NCBI GenBank assembly: GCA_964016885.1
Contig: OZ024746.1
Coordinates: 55,056,001-55,120,000, forward strand
Length of the DNA: 64,000 nt
Reading direction: 5' to 3'
From: Eledone cirrhosa
Taxonomy: Eukaryota
Each line of letters begins with the position of its first letter. Positions within the stretch are counted from its first letter, which is position 1. Under the pieces are notes generated by a model. That model was not told the DNA's origin and did not search any database. It worked only from the letters and a program-made list of their open reading frames with translations. Of this stretch, positions 14,918 through 30,084 are shown one piece after another. Position numbers and translations under genes: made by a program.

Positions 14918-15507
14918 TATTGTTATACTTTGGGAGGGTCATGTTGCCAATAAGAAATATCCGCACCAGTTGCTTTCACTTTAATTTCTTATAATAAATT
15001 TATACATTTAGGAATTTATAAATTTCCAGTTGGTTGGTTCCACAACCAGATAATTGTTTATATATTGTCAAAGTTCTTTTGTCACACATTCTGTGACCTT
15101 TTCAGTGACTGGGGATTCTGTTCTTTGTTTTTTGCCTCTCCTTTGTTCTGTCCTACGCCATCTTGTTTTTGTGTGTGTGTTGTGTGCTTAGTTTGCGCAT
15201 GTGTTACATCCGGGTATCTATGTGTGTTTATATTCGTTTATTTATTTGTTTATATCATGTTACTGGTTGGTTGTTTGTTCTATGTGCGTGTGTGTTTTCA
15301 TTTTGTCCTTAATCATCTGGTTGTGCAACCAACCAACCGGAAATTTATAAATTCCTAAATTTATAAATTCATTATAATAAATTGAAGTGAAAGCACCTGG
15401 TGCGTGTGTTTCTTATTGGCAACATGACCCTCCCAAAGTATAACAATATCGGTTTCAACACACGTTTTCAGATAAAGAATCTTGCTAAATAAATTCAGAA
15501 ACGAAAT
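14918..15507. mobile_element. Fold-back of Nematis-like A pLTR (long minus arm, short plus arm with tail)
   Basis: 14918-15310 is the reverse complement of the pLTR, with a mutated hammerhead at 15067-15109. 15315-15507 is the plus-strand 3' end including the CGGTTTCAACAC...CAGAAACGAAAT tail. Confidence 0.85.
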
Positions 15508-16886
15508 ATATATATATTTATACATATATATATTCATACGTATATATATTCATACAAATATATATATTCTCCTAGAAACCACGAAAACCTCAAGCGAATC
15601 GATATCTGTATATCAGTTGTGGGTAACTAGCCAAGAAGATGACAGATCGCATCATGTCAGAGTTGTTGTCGGCATCGATAGAGAACACACTTTACACTGA
15701 ATTGACAAGTCTACACCTCTCCAGGTGATAGCGTTGACAAGAAGAAAAATCGAATGTTTATTCAGCTGAAGGATGGATGTAAGTAACAATAGGATGGCAC
15801 GCTGGCTGGCTGGTTGCCTGGTTGGTGTTTTTCACAGTGTTAACAGTAAGTGGCAACAGGGCGTCGGATTCTGGGTGACGAGAAAATCACTGACATGCAG
15901 TGAGTGATGAATGAAAATAATTTCTCTTCAGAAGAAAACAATTTATACATCCATAGAACAGTGAATGAATGACACATTATGTAACTTAGTCATAGATAGT
16001 CTGAGAATGATTGTTTGGCAGTGTGGCTGTCGTTTGCATTTTACAGTTTTACAATTAAGTGGCAGCAATGTGTGGAATTTTGACTGACGAGAAAATCACT
16101 GACAGGAAGTGAGTGATGAAAATGATTTCTCTTCATGGAAGTATAATTTAAAAATTCATAGAGCAGCAAGGTATACTTCAGTTTATGTATATCTAGATAA
16201 TAATAGAATGCCTAGTTAACGGGTCTCCTGCCTGGTTGTTTGGCTGATTTTTCAGTTGGTTATTTGATTGATTTGTTGATTAGTTGGTTGTGTTTTTTTT
16301 TGAATGAATGTTTCATTTATTGGGTAGTCGGTTTGTTTGTTGGTTCTTCCCTTGGCTACTTGAGATTTGATAAGAAGAATAATAGAATGAACTCTATAGA
16401 TAATGAACACAACCACAAGGATATGGTCCAAACATGGAAGGCCGAACTCCCACTGTCATTGCCCCCATCTCTCTCGCGCTCCTCATCTCTCTGTATGGTG
16501 AGCAAATGGGGTCCCACGTGCTGGCCTCCCCAAACTCCCGGCAAACAGAATGAAGGCATTTCCCTAGAGGATGGTAAGGAAGATGCTACTGTGTTGGTGG
16601 GCTGGTTTAGTTTTTGTTTATTTCATTGTATTGTAGGTTTCTTGGTCAGTTGAATAAATCGTTGGTATGCTTGTAAGCTCGTTCATGGCTCAGTAAGGTT
16701 GCTTAATTTGGATGTTTAGCTGGTTTGCTAACTGGTTACACCGTTAGAGCTCTTGGGTGGCTGCTTAATTGATTAACTGGATGGTTGGCTCGTTGAATTG
16801 CTGGCGAGGTGCATGGTCCGTTAATTGACTAGTTAAATAATCAATATGCTGCCTCGTTGGAGGATTGATAAGTTGATGGACTAGTT

Positions 16887-17209
16887 CAGAGTTACTCAAG
16901 AATTTGGGGCCACCACCCTCCTCACGGCCACGTAATATCCTCAGTGCCAGGATCCCTATTTCCAGAAAGACCTGCCTACACGCACATTGTAAATATGTAA
17001 TAAATAAAATCTTCAATTCATATATAATAATATAATTTATACTACGTATAAATAAGTATTTTATATGTTTTATGTTATTATATTTATAATTAATATGTAT
17101 CATTTGATATTTAATATACTATTATATCACCTCTACCACTCCCATAGATCCCAGCGCCCCCTGGACATTCACCGCACAGGGGCTGTAGCGACCATCATGA
17201 GAACCACTG
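16887..17209. mobile_element. Possible hAT/Charlie-type MITE
   Basis: Right end GAGAACCACTG (inverse of CAGTGGTTCTC); degenerate left end CAGAGTTACTCAAG; GC-rich subtermini around an AT-rich core. No clear 8-bp TSD. Confidence 0.3.
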
Positions 17210-18323
17210 GTCTTTTTGAATTATTGGCAGGATAGTAGGTTTCTTGATGCATTCACTAGCTGCATTCTTATTTTGATCGTTTGTTTGATTAGCTAGCAGA
17301 CATGTTGGTTGGTCAAATGCTTCAATGTTTGGTTAGCTAACAAGATGATAGATTAACTGGATGGTTAGATGGATTGCTGGTTGCATTCTGTAAGATATTT
17401 CTTCATTGAGGAAGTCTTTGCTGTTCTCTTCCATTGTTCTGATATATTCCACCCTATTAGATACTAATTCTGATAATACTTCTCTTACATCAAAAACGCA
17501 AAAAGCATGTTATCAAATATTCATACAAATACGCTCAATTCATATCTATACGTATATATACACACCTGCACACATCCATAGACTCCCACACATAAAAAAA
17601 ATGTTATCACTATTTTTACCTAATTCTTTTCGTAGTTGTAAATACTTTTGTTAACCGATTCTATTGAATGAAATGTTTGGTACCAAATTCCAAAGAATCA
17701 TTTCATTAAACGTCTCAAAGAGGAATCAGAACTTAGTATAAAAAGAGCACAAATGAAAATGTGATACACATGCAAAAAGTAAAAAAAAAAATTGAATACA
17801 GAATGTTAACCATTCTCTCCAGATTATAGAGATCTTGGAAAAAAAATCTTATATGGTATTCATGTTTAGTAACAGTTCGTTCCAAATGTACTGACACTGA
17901 CCATTATAGCATAAGGGCATTATTTGTTGTATGTTATCTATTGAGTGGAGATATGGTGATATTAGGCTGGTGCATACTAGACAATAGAGTATTTGAACGT
18001 GTTTTCTGTAAAAAGCAGAAAATAAAGGAAAATATTGTACTATAAATATATATGTATACGCACTCACATACATACACAAACACACATACAGACAGACAGA
18101 CAGACATACAAACAAATAAACAGACACGCACACACACACACACACACACATACACACGAACACAAGCAAGCAAGCAAGCACATACATTCACATATATATA
18201 TATGCAAGTATTGCTGTAAAGAGCACACAGCACCAACAAATATCTTTGTTGATCGAGAAAATCTATGATCAAAAGAAATATTATATTTATGTGTGTGTAT
18301 ATATATATATGTATATATATGGG

Positions 18324-18334
18324 CGAGAGAGAGA

Positions 18335-18412
<78 letters not shown>

Positions 18413-18428
18413 GAGAGAGAGAGAGAGA
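18324..18428. repeat. (GA)n microsatellite
   Basis: Near-pure dinucleotide run. Confidence 0.95.
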
Positions 18429-19049
18429 GTAACAACACTGGCATACGTAGATATATATGTTTCGTTGGATTTAACACGAGCTGAAGCCTGCCATTTTGTG
18501 AGGGAGTACTACCGGGAAGATTCCCGATTTTATAGGAGAACTAAAGCTGAAGGAGTGGGACTTTAAATAATCCCAATTATTTAAATCAATTCCGGTTAAG
18601 CTTAATAAAGGAGATAAATCTAAGAAAAGGTGGTTTAACTACTATGCCAAGATCTATAGCACATACTGTGTTATACCGAACATTTAAGTCCAGCCTAGAC
18701 TATCTCTTCAGAATAAACTTAGTTTCGTGAGTGCATCGATTGCATAAATACGAACGTGCATTTAGTAGGTTATTTTAGAAGACGTTTGTCTATGTACATT
18801 CCACTATTCCACTCTACCTAAATAACAAGCTTTCGCTCTATTCATAGGTTTTCCAGTATCATACATTTTATAGAGAACTCTGTGACGTTTTCTTTGGGGA
18901 TCCAGGTATTATTTGCGAGCTCAGTGACATGTTCCTTCCGATAGACTACACTGGACTAAAATTCTCAATATAAGACTGGTTACTTCTCATAACTATCTAC
19001 ACGCAAGTTAACCCCTCCCTCCTTTTACTTGTTAGAATTATCTCCCTTT

Positions 19050-19686
19050 GTATATTATATATATATATATATGTATACATACATATATATATATATATAT
19101 GTGTAAGTATATATATGTTTGAATATAAATATGTATATATATATATATATATATGTATGTATATATATATGTATATATATACATATATATATATATATGT
19201 ATAGATATGTATATATATATATATATATATGTATAGATATGTATATATGTATATGTATAGATATGTATATATATATGTATATATATATATATATGTATAG
19301 ATATGTATATATATATATATATATATATGTGTATAGATATGTATATATATATATGTATATATATGTATATATATATATATGTATAGATATGTATATATAT
19401 ATCTATATATGTATAGATATGTATATATATATATATGTATAGATATGTATATAGATATGTATATATATATATATGTATAAATATGTATATATATAAATGT
19501 ATAGATATGTATATATATATATGTATAGATACGTATATATATATATATGTATAGATATGTATATATATATAGATATGTATAGATATGTATATATATGTAT
19601 AGATATGTATATATATATATGTATAGATATGTATATATATATATATATATATGTATAGATATGTATATATATATATGTATAGATAT

Positions 19687-19717
<31 letters not shown>

Positions 19718-19748
19718 GATATGTATATATATATATGTATATATATGT

Positions 19749-19780
<32 letters not shown>

Positions 19781-19791
19781 GTATAGATATG

Positions 19792-19838
<47 letters not shown>

Positions 19839-19997
19839 GTATATATATATATATGTATAGATATGTATATATATATATGTATAGATATGTATATATATAT
19901 GTATAGATATGTATAGATATGTATATATATATGTATAGATATGTATATATATATATGTATAGATATGTATATATATATATATGTATATACAGATATG

Positions 19998-20041
<44 letters not shown>

Positions 20042-20149
20042 GATATGTATATATGTATATATACGTATATATGTATAGATATGTATATATGTATATATAT
20101 ATATATATATATATGTATAGATATGTATATATGTATATGTATAGATATG

Positions 20150-20180
<31 letters not shown>

Positions 20181-20186
20181 GTATAG

Positions 20187-20226
<40 letters not shown>

Positions 20227-20466
20227 ATATATATGTATATATATATGTATAGATATGTATATATATATATATGTATAGATATGTATATAGATATGTATAT
20301 ATATATATATGTATAAATATGTATATATATATATGTATAGATATGTATATATATATATGTATAGATATGTATATATATATATGTATAGATATGTATATAT
20401 ATATAGATATGTATAGATATGTATATATATATATGTATAGCTATGTATATATATATATATGTATAG

Positions 20467-20510
<44 letters not shown>

Positions 20511-20542
20511 AGATATGTATATATATATATGTATATATATGT

Positions 20543-20574
<32 letters not shown>

Positions 20575-20585
20575 GTATAGATATG

Positions 20586-20668
<83 letters not shown>

Positions 20669-20827
20669 GTATATATATATGTATAGATATGTATATATAT
20701 ATATGTATAGATATGTATATATATATGTATAGATATGTATAGATATGTATATATATATGTATAGATATGTATATATATATATGTATAGATATGTATATAT
20801 ATATATATATATGTATATACAGATATG

Positions 20828-20871
<44 letters not shown>

Positions 20872-21122
20872 GATATGTATATATGTATATATACGTATAT
20901 ATGTATAGATATGTATATATGTATATATACGTATATATGTATAGATACATAGATATGTATATATATGTATAAATGTATATATACGTATATATGATAGATA
21001 CATAGATATGTATATATATATGTATATATACGTATATATGTATAGATACATAGATATGTATATATATGTATATATGTATATATACGTATATATGTATAGA
21101 TACATAGATATGTATATATATG
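19050..21122. repeat. ~2-kb (TA)n-derived satellite with recurring GTATAGATAT unit
   Basis: Direct reading; produces the spurious 724-aa I/Y ORF. Confidence 0.95.
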
Positions 21123-21123
21123 T

Positions 21124-22378
21124 ATTGTTATACTTTGGGAGGGTCATGTTGCCAATAAGAAACACACGCACCAGTTGCTTTCACTTCAATTTATTATAAT
21201 AAATTTATAATAAATTTATAAATTTATAAATTTCTGGTTGGTTGGTTGGTTCCACAACCGGATAGTTGTTTATATATTGTCATAGTTCTTTCGTCACACA
21301 CTCTGTGACCTCTTGTGACCAAATTTTGGAATATAATAGAAAGAACTAGGAACAAGGCTAATAGAATAAACTCATGGTATGATAGCAATAAATACCAGAG
21401 TGTAATGTTCATCGATACAACAGCTAGAGGTGAATTAGCTTACAAATTTAGAAGGGCCCTAAATAAACATAAACTCAACATTAAGATAGCAGAAAGACCA
21501 GGTACCTCCGTAAAAACACTCATTAGCAAGACATACCCTTTTCAAAGACCCTCATGTATAGATAAGAAATGTATAACCTGTAAAATAAGCCCCCATATTA
21601 ACTGTAAAACTAGAAATGTAGTGTATAGCATAAGATGTACTGAAGGACAATGTAGAGACAAAAATATAGTGTACATAGTTGAGACAGCTGGTAGCGTAGG
21701 GAAACGGATAAATGAACACTGGCGAGACCTTCAAGATAGTGAAGAATTATTGTACTCTACCAACATGCTAAAATAGAAGACCAGGGTAAATTAGAGAACA
21801 TAGAAATACAAATAGAATCTACACACAGAAAAGACGCAATGTTTAGACAAATTACAGAGGCAATAAACATAAAGAATTACAACCAAAATTAAATAGAAAA
21901 TATGAGTGGAACAGCAACATCACAACTTACAATTAAGGACAAAATGAAAACACACACACACATAGAACAAACAACCAACCAGTAACATGTAAATAAACAA
22001 ATAAATAAATGAACATAAACACACACAGACACACGGATGTTGCGCATGCGCAGACTGAGCACACAACACACACACAGAAACAAAATGGCGTAGGACAGAA
22101 CAAAGGAGAGGCACAGAAACAAAGAAAGGAATCCCCAGTCACTGAAGAGGTCACAGAGTGTGTGACGAAAGAACTATGACAATATATAAACAACTATCTG
22201 GTTGTGGAACCAACCAACCAACCAGAAATTTATAAATTTATTATAATAAATTGAAGTGAAAGCAACTGGTGCGTGTGTTTCTTATTGGCAACATGACCCT
22301 CCCAAAGTATAACAATATCGGTTTCAACACACGATTTCAGATAAAGTATCTTGCTAAACAAATTCAGAAACGAAATAT
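21124..22378 (+). mobile_element. Nematis-like PLE subfamily A, 3' part with inverted tail-less 5' arm
   Basis: ORF 21315-21776 SVMFIDTTARGELA..ERPGTSVK..CIDKKCITC..CKTRNVVYSIRC..YIVETAGS. Arm 21124-21319 is the inverse of the 3' pLTR; the tail is on the right only. Confidence 0.88.
22138..22180 (+). ncRNA. Minimal type I hammerhead ribozyme (Nematis-like A pLTR)
   Basis: Same sequence as 14221-14263. Confidence 0.8.
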
Positions 22379-22635
22379 ATATATGTATATATGTATATAT
22401 ACGTATATATGTATAGATACATAGATATGTATAGATATGTATAGATATGTATATATGAATACATATGTATATAAATGTATATATAAATGTTTATATGTAT
22501 ATAAATCTTTATATGTATATATATGTATATATGTATGTATATATGTATATATATATGTATATATATATATGTATATATGTATGTATATAGGTATATATAT
22601 GTATATATATGTATATATATGTATATATATGTCAG

Positions 22636-23240
22636 GTCACCACTTGGTGCTACTGGTAACATGTATCCCAGTACAACCTGTCTCATGGTCGGGTCAATGG
22701 CGACTAAATTGGCAACCCCCACCAAGGTTTCTTGGTGAGGAGGGTGACTTTGGACATCCTGCAGGACTAAAAACAAAACCTGTCAAAGGGCAAAGGAGCT
22801 CTTAAGAGTCAATGGCCATCCAAAATCACTGGGAGAGATGACCCCGTAGCCTTTGTCAAGGCAGAATTCTAGGAGAAGGAAAACTCTGATATAACACCTG
22901 CAACCCTGATGGTATCCAATGATGTTGACTTGTTCTTCTTTTTGGTAAATATCATCTTGGTTAAGAGAGTGGGACTGGCTTTGTGCAGTTCCTTTGCTCA
23001 CTATAAAAGCTTCACGGCACAGGCATTGCTTTATATTTGGAGATCTCTCTGCACTTGTCGTCACATGGTACCATGGGCCCAGCACTATGTGTCAATAATT
23101 GTCACAAGTGTAGTGTTTGTACCTGAGTTTTCAAGTCGCTGGCTGGACTAAAATGTCACACCCGTTCAGCGCATCGGTAGGGATTCTCCTACATGGATAT
23201 AAAGTAGTGGCCGTACTCGAAAACGAGTCGGCAGCCACCA
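22636..23240 (+). mobile_element. Non-autonomous bipartite RTE-derived element, copy 1, with (TATG)n tail
   Basis: RTE 5'UTR-like motif CTAGGAGAAGGAAAACTCTGA; 3' hairpin ACTCG-AAAA-CGAGT then GGCAGCCACCA and a microsatellite tail. Direct repeat of 23586-24180. Confidence 0.6.
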
Positions 23241-23270
23241 TGTATGTATATATATATGTATGGATGTAAG

Positions 23271-23304
<34 letters not shown>

Positions 23305-23585
23305 TGTATGTATGTATGTATGTATGTATGTATGTATATATATATATGTATGTAAAGATGTATGTATGTATGTACATATGTATATGTGTATGTATATGCA
23401 TGTATGTATGTGTATATATGTATGTATCTATATGTATGTATATATATATGTATGTATGTATATGTATGTATGTATATGTATGTATAGTATGTATATATAT
23501 GCATGTATATGTATATATGTGTATGTGTATGTATGTATATATATATATATGTATGTATGTATATATGTATATATATGCATGTATT

Positions 23586-24180
23586 GTCACCAGTTGGTGC
23601 TACTGGTAACATGTAAACTAGTACTACCTGTCTCATGGTCGCGTCGTTGGCGACTAAACTGGCAAACCCATCAAGGTTTCTTGGTGAGGACGGTGAGTTT
23701 TGACATCCTGCAGGACTAAAGACAAAACCTGTCAAAACCGCAAAGGAGCTCTTAAACGTCAATGGCACCGGGAGTTCAAAATCACCGGGAGAGATGACCC
23801 CTTAGCCTTAGTCAAGGCCAAATTCTAGGAGAAGGAAAACCTGCAACCCTGATGGTATCCAATGATGTTGACTTATTCTTCTTTTTGGTAAATATCATCT
23901 TGGTTAAGAGAGTGGGACTGGCTTTGTGCAGTACCTTTGCTCACTATAAAAGCTTCACGGCACAGGCATTGCTTTATATCTGGAGATCTCTCTGCACTTG
24001 GCGTCCCATGGTACCATCGGCCCAGCACTATGTGTCAATAATTGTCACAAGTGTAGTGTTTGTACCAGAGTGTTCAAGTCGCTGGCTGGACTAAATGTCA
24101 CTCGTTTAGTGCATCGGTAGAGGTTCTCCTACATGGATATAAAGTAGTGGACGTACTCGAAAACGAGTTGGCAGCCACCA
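23586..24180 (+). mobile_element. Non-autonomous bipartite RTE-derived element, copy 2
   Basis: Colinear diverged copy of 22636-23240 with the same termini (GTCACCA ... GCAGCCACCA). Confidence 0.6.
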
Positions 24181-24225
24181 TATATATAACATATATATAT
24201 ATATGAATATATATGCATATATATA

Positions 24226-24275
<50 letters not shown>

Positions 24276-24342
24276 CACGTATATATATATATGTATATAT
24301 ATATACATATATAACACATATTTATATATGTATATATATCTA

Positions 24343-24448
<106 letters not shown>

Positions 24449-24485
24449 TATATATATAACACATATATATGTGTATATATATATA

Positions 24486-24530
<45 letters not shown>

Positions 24531-24540
24531 AGTATATATA

Positions 24541-24577
<37 letters not shown>

Positions 24578-24594
24578 TGTAAATATATACATGT

Positions 24595-24661
<67 letters not shown>

Positions 24662-24732
24662 CATACATGTATATATTTACATATATCTATATATCTATAT
24701 AAGTATATATATATATTCATGCATACATCTTC

Positions 24733-24842
<110 letters not shown>

Positions 24843-25117
24843 TGTGTATGTGGAGGAGTGTCAGTCAGTATAAATGTATATAGTCAGTTTATCATGTTGC
24901 GAATATCGAGATGCTGATCAACAGGTTTTCTATCAATGTACATCTATTGTAATTAGTCTAATATTTTACTTGTAAGATGATGACTTTTCAGTTTCGCGTG
25001 CAATGTACCCGATAACTTCTCTTCTTCCCCTGCAACATGAAGCCTTTTTTTCTCGCTTGCCATTTTGTGTTCGATGCAAGCAACGATATAATAGATAGTA
25101 ATCAATACCTACTCTCA

Positions 25118-25131
25118 TGCTGCTGCTGCTT

Positions 25132-25217
<86 letters not shown>

Positions 25218-25218
25218 G

Positions 25219-25285
<67 letters not shown>

Positions 25286-25303
25286 TACTACTGCTACTAC
25301 TAC
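25118..25303. repeat. Compound (CTA)n/(CTG)n microsatellite
   Basis: Direct reading. Confidence 0.95.
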
Positions 25304-26129
25304 TGTTTCTCATTCTTATTATTCTTATTATTTTTCTTCTACACGGCTTTCTTTTTTTATTCCTTTCTGTCATTTTAACTACTGTTTTTTTCTTTTGGAT
25401 ATCATTATTTTTGTTATTATTTATATTAACCTCGTCATAATAATCATCTACTTATTTGTCTTCGAATTCTTTCTCTTCGCCGTCTTTCTTTCCTTTTCTC
25501 TGTCTTTTCCCTACCTTTACCTTTTGTTCTAATAACATTCCGTTATGTTACTCAATATTAGTAAGTCGAAATAAATCCCATTTCTTTCTTAATCTTCCAG
25601 ATACAGGTAATGGTGATTATAATTCCCTACTACCAAATCTATACCACTCTATACACTAAACATACCAATGCTACCATCATTGTATTATATAATTACGTTC
25701 TCATGGACAAATCCCATTCCATTTCCTGAAGAGATTACTTCACAATGTCTAATATCATCTACAAACAATAGGTAAATTACCAGCAGAAACAATATACATT
25801 TCGTCCAATACTTCTTTCAATTACACAAGCTAATTCTATTTTCCTGCTTGTATATGTATGTAACTCTGTGCGTATTTTTTCCCATTCTATCAATGCAGAT
25901 ATTTGACATCGGAGCAACAAGGTATCAACCAATAAACACGAACAAAGTTGCATCCCTTGTTGTCAGTTATTTGCATTGTCATAAGTGACAAAAAGAATAC
26001 AAGCTGTTGTATCACCTATTTTAGAAAAAGATTGTAAGCGACATGTATCAGTACATGTGAGATATAATCCAACAAAAGCACAACACTAAATAAAACTTTG
26101 AAACGCTGTTTAGAGCGAAAACGGTTAGT

Positions 26130-26441
26130 ACAAAGAGTAATTAGATAACGATAACTACTGCACCTATATTTAAAACACCAACAACAATAGTTTATTTCGT
26201 ATGAACAAGATGATGTAGGTCAGAACAAAGGAGAGACACAAATAACAAATTATTCATTGAGGAGGACTCAGAATGTGACGAAAGTGATTTGACAACAAAT
26301 AAACAACCACCTGGTTATTAAAACAACCTACGGGAAATAGTAATAAATTGGAGCGAGAGTGTTTTTATGGGCAGCATGATCCTCTGTTTCAACACACGTT
26401 TCCAGATAAGAAAACTTGCAAAGAAATACAAAAACGAAATA
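26130..26441 (+). mobile_element. Old diverged Nematis-like pLTR 3' end with tail
   Basis: GTAGGTCAGAACAAAGGAGAG, TGTGACGAAAG, GGCAGCATGATCCTC and TTTCAACACACG..CAGATAAG..ACGAAATA align to 22090-22378. Confidence 0.65.
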
Positions 26442-26455
26442 CCTATATATATATT

Positions 26456-27344
<889 letters not shown>

Positions 27345-27376
27345 CCTGTTCCGTAAGGCATATTAGACGATGTATG

Positions 27377-27414
<38 letters not shown>

Positions 27415-27420
<6 letters not shown>

Positions 27421-27940
27421 CGTAAAATAAGAAAATATTTTTTTTCAAAAATTTAAAAAAAATTTTTTACTTACTTACTTAAATTTTCACTCCAACTAAT
27501 TAGTTTCTGCAATGGGATAAAGACAGTTACATAATCCAACTGTCAAGAATTCATTGCGTCATCAGGGAGTCTATTCTCAGCTGAGCCTCCAGGCAATGCG
27601 CGGACACTGGCTTATTTTTATATGAGCCGCCAGTGTCCGCGCATTGCCTGGAGGCTCAGCTGAGAATAGACTCCCTGATGACGCAATGATTTCTTGACAG
27701 TTGGATTATGTAACTGTCTTTATCCCATTGCAGAAACTAATTAGTTGGAGTGAAAATTTAAGTAAGTAAGTACAAAATTTTTTTAAAATTTTTTAAAAAA
27801 AATATTTTCTTATTTTACGTCTTTTATATTATTGTTCTGCACCCTCCTGCATTGAACCACCTAGGTACTATGACATAACCTGTGTATTTGCTGGCATGGA
27901 CGTACATCTGTGCGCCTATGTTAGTTGATATATTAAATTA

Positions 27941-27941
<1 letters not shown>
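27415..27941 (+). mobile_element. Mini fold-back PLE-end insertion, family H2 (~200-bp arms, two opposed hammerheads, right tail)
   Basis: Arms 27415-27611 and 27629-27826 are nearly perfect inverses around a ~17-nt spacer; tail 27827-27941; flanked by (TA)n. Confidence 0.85.
27670..27751 (+). ncRNA. Type I hammerhead ribozyme with extended stem II (inverse copy at 27489-27570)
   Basis: ACTCC CTGATGA C-GCAATG..GACAGTT/AACTGTC..CATTGC-A GAAAC TAATTA GTT GGAGT. Stem I ACTCC/GGAGT; AACTAATTAGTT palindrome. Confidence 0.82.
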
Positions 27942-27983
<42 letters not shown>

Positions 27984-28349
27984 CATACATCGTCTAATAT
28001 GCCTTATGCCTTACGGAACAGGAACAGAACATTCTATAAATAAAAATATTCCAAGATGTAAGAACAAATATTCACTTTAAATCGTGTAACAAAATTTGAT
28101 CCTTTCAGTTTGCTCTTTCTCTATATGTACATTCAGATACGTAGTAGTGTCAAACAATTCGAAATTTGTATGATCAATTATTGAGCACTACAGCTTGCTG
28201 ATACAAGTTGTAGTCCACTTCTGCATCATATTTGCGTCAAGTATACATACCTACGTACAACCCCACTCTGTGCATATACATGTGTGTGTGTGTGTGTGTG
28301 TGTGAATTAAGTGCGAGAATTGCAGGAGTTTCAGCATTCGTTCAACAGA

Positions 28350-28810
28350 AGAAGGGAAGTAGATGTAAAAGCCAAACTCGCTACCTTCAATTTGGCATTC
28401 CTGGCAAACATTGCCTGTTGTCATGAGTCTTGAGTAATGCCCCACAGAAAACGATCACCTATGAAAGCATCCGAAATGAGGCTCCTCCATCGGGGCTTTG
28501 GAGTAAAGTTTGTCGATAGAATGCATAGCTCAGAGCTCCGACAGTCACTCTAGACAGAATCTATTCTTCACTGATTTGAAATATCACAGTTCCGAAACAA
28601 CGGACATCTGGTTGGATTGTTTTAGAAAAGAATTCTTGGATATATTTTACTGCAAAATACCCGACAGAGACCCAGGGCTAGCCTCGAGACAGAAGGATGA
28701 AGAACATCTATGAGCTCAGATGATTCAATGGCAAACGTTTGTTTCTGACAATAGCCACTGGAAGGCGTGCTTCACGATTCTGCTACCATGACCCCACAGA
28801 AAGAATAAGT
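28350..28810 (+). mobile_element. Decayed RTE (Expander/Rex3-like) LINE 3' end
   Basis: EVDVKAKLATFN..CHES*VM..MKASEMRLLHRGFGVKFVDRMHSSELR then ..ISQFRNNGHLV..; ends ATTCTGCTACCATGACCCC (LLPPRP-like C-terminus). Confidence 0.72.
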
Positions 28811-28820
28811 GGGTGAAGAC

Positions 28821-28866
<46 letters not shown>

Positions 28867-29835
28867 GAGTATAAGACATTATACAGAAAGAACTGTAGAA
28901 AAATAGAAATAAATATATATATATACATAGAGGTTGCTAAATATGGACGTATTTGGTGTTTCATACACTCACATGCACATATAATCACTCAGAATTTCAC
29001 ACTTATATATACACACAAGCAACACACACACATATAACCATAACCTCATGAAAAATGTTCACACACAAATGCATCAGCGTAAATTTTTACTCAGACGCAT
29101 TAAATACATTCATATCCCGAGAAACATTCGGTGGTTGGCGTTTTTAATAACACACCACTAAGCAATGCAGATTACTGGTAATACTGAATCTGAGAGCAAC
29201 TTGTATCAATGAGAGCAGATATCGAATTTCAGAAGGTAGCAAAATCCCATTACGATACATTGATTTTTAAAACTTTTCCCAACACTGAAAGTAATACGTT
29301 GTAATATGTTGCATGTGTGCGATATGCGGTTAATATAATGTGTGCGTGGTGTAAGTGAACATTCTGTAAACTGTGTGTATGTGTAATATGTGCTTAATAT
29401 GATGTGTGCGTGGTTGAAAGGAACATTCTGTAAGGTGTGCCTATGTGTGTAAGTTGTTTGTGTTATGTAAAGTGTGTGAGGTATCTATGAGATGTAGTAA
29501 GCTATTGTTTGTGTCAGTTTTACGATGTGTATAATATGTGTATGACGTGTAAAATATTTGTTATATGTGTGTGTCTTGTGTAAAACTGTGTGTATGTATT
29601 TGTGTGTATGTGTGTGTATGTTAACTGTAAGGTGTGTGTAACATGTGATGTGTGTATGGTGTGTGCAATACGTGTGTGATGTGTAATCCTCTTAAAGATC
29701 AACTGTACATGTGCTTTGGCTCTTCCACTATAGGTTTATTTCGGTAGTGTCTGAGTGGGGGAGGATATGGCGTGTGTATTGTGGTGTGTATGTGTGAGTG
29801 TATTTTTGTATGTGTGCATGTATATATGTGTGTGT

Positions 29836-29870
<35 letters not shown>

Positions 29871-30084
29871 CATACGCACGAATGTTTTACGAATATATAT
29901 ATATATATATATATATATAATGTACATATACGTGTAAATATATATATATATATCATAAGCATGTGTGTTTATAATATTTCCTTCCCTTTTGTTCTTTTTC
30001 ACGGTTGACCTCTTCCATTGTCACGCCCCTATCTCCTTCTCATCCTCGTGTACCACCACCACCTCCACCTTCTTCTTCGTCACT

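Noticed and set aside
16080-16135. CTGACGA..ATCACT/AGTGAT..GAAA hammerhead-like string
   Set aside because: No stem I, and the paralog at 15876 lacks the core C; a splice-bounded repeat fits better.
18997-21171. 724-aa ORF and the many other I/Y, C/V, H/T, poly-L/S/K ORFs
   Set aside because: Translations of (TA)n, (CA)n and trinucleotide repeats that lack stops by composition; no domain content.
22852-23151. 80-aa ORF MVSNDVDLFFF present in both 600-bp repeats
   Set aside because: Shared because the repeats are close copies; no recognisable domain. Not excluded, but unsupported.
23200-23240. tRNA-like 3' end (hairpin plus ACCA)
   Set aside because: No cloverleaf or A/B boxes; better explained as an RTE-type 3' hairpin before a microsatellite tail.
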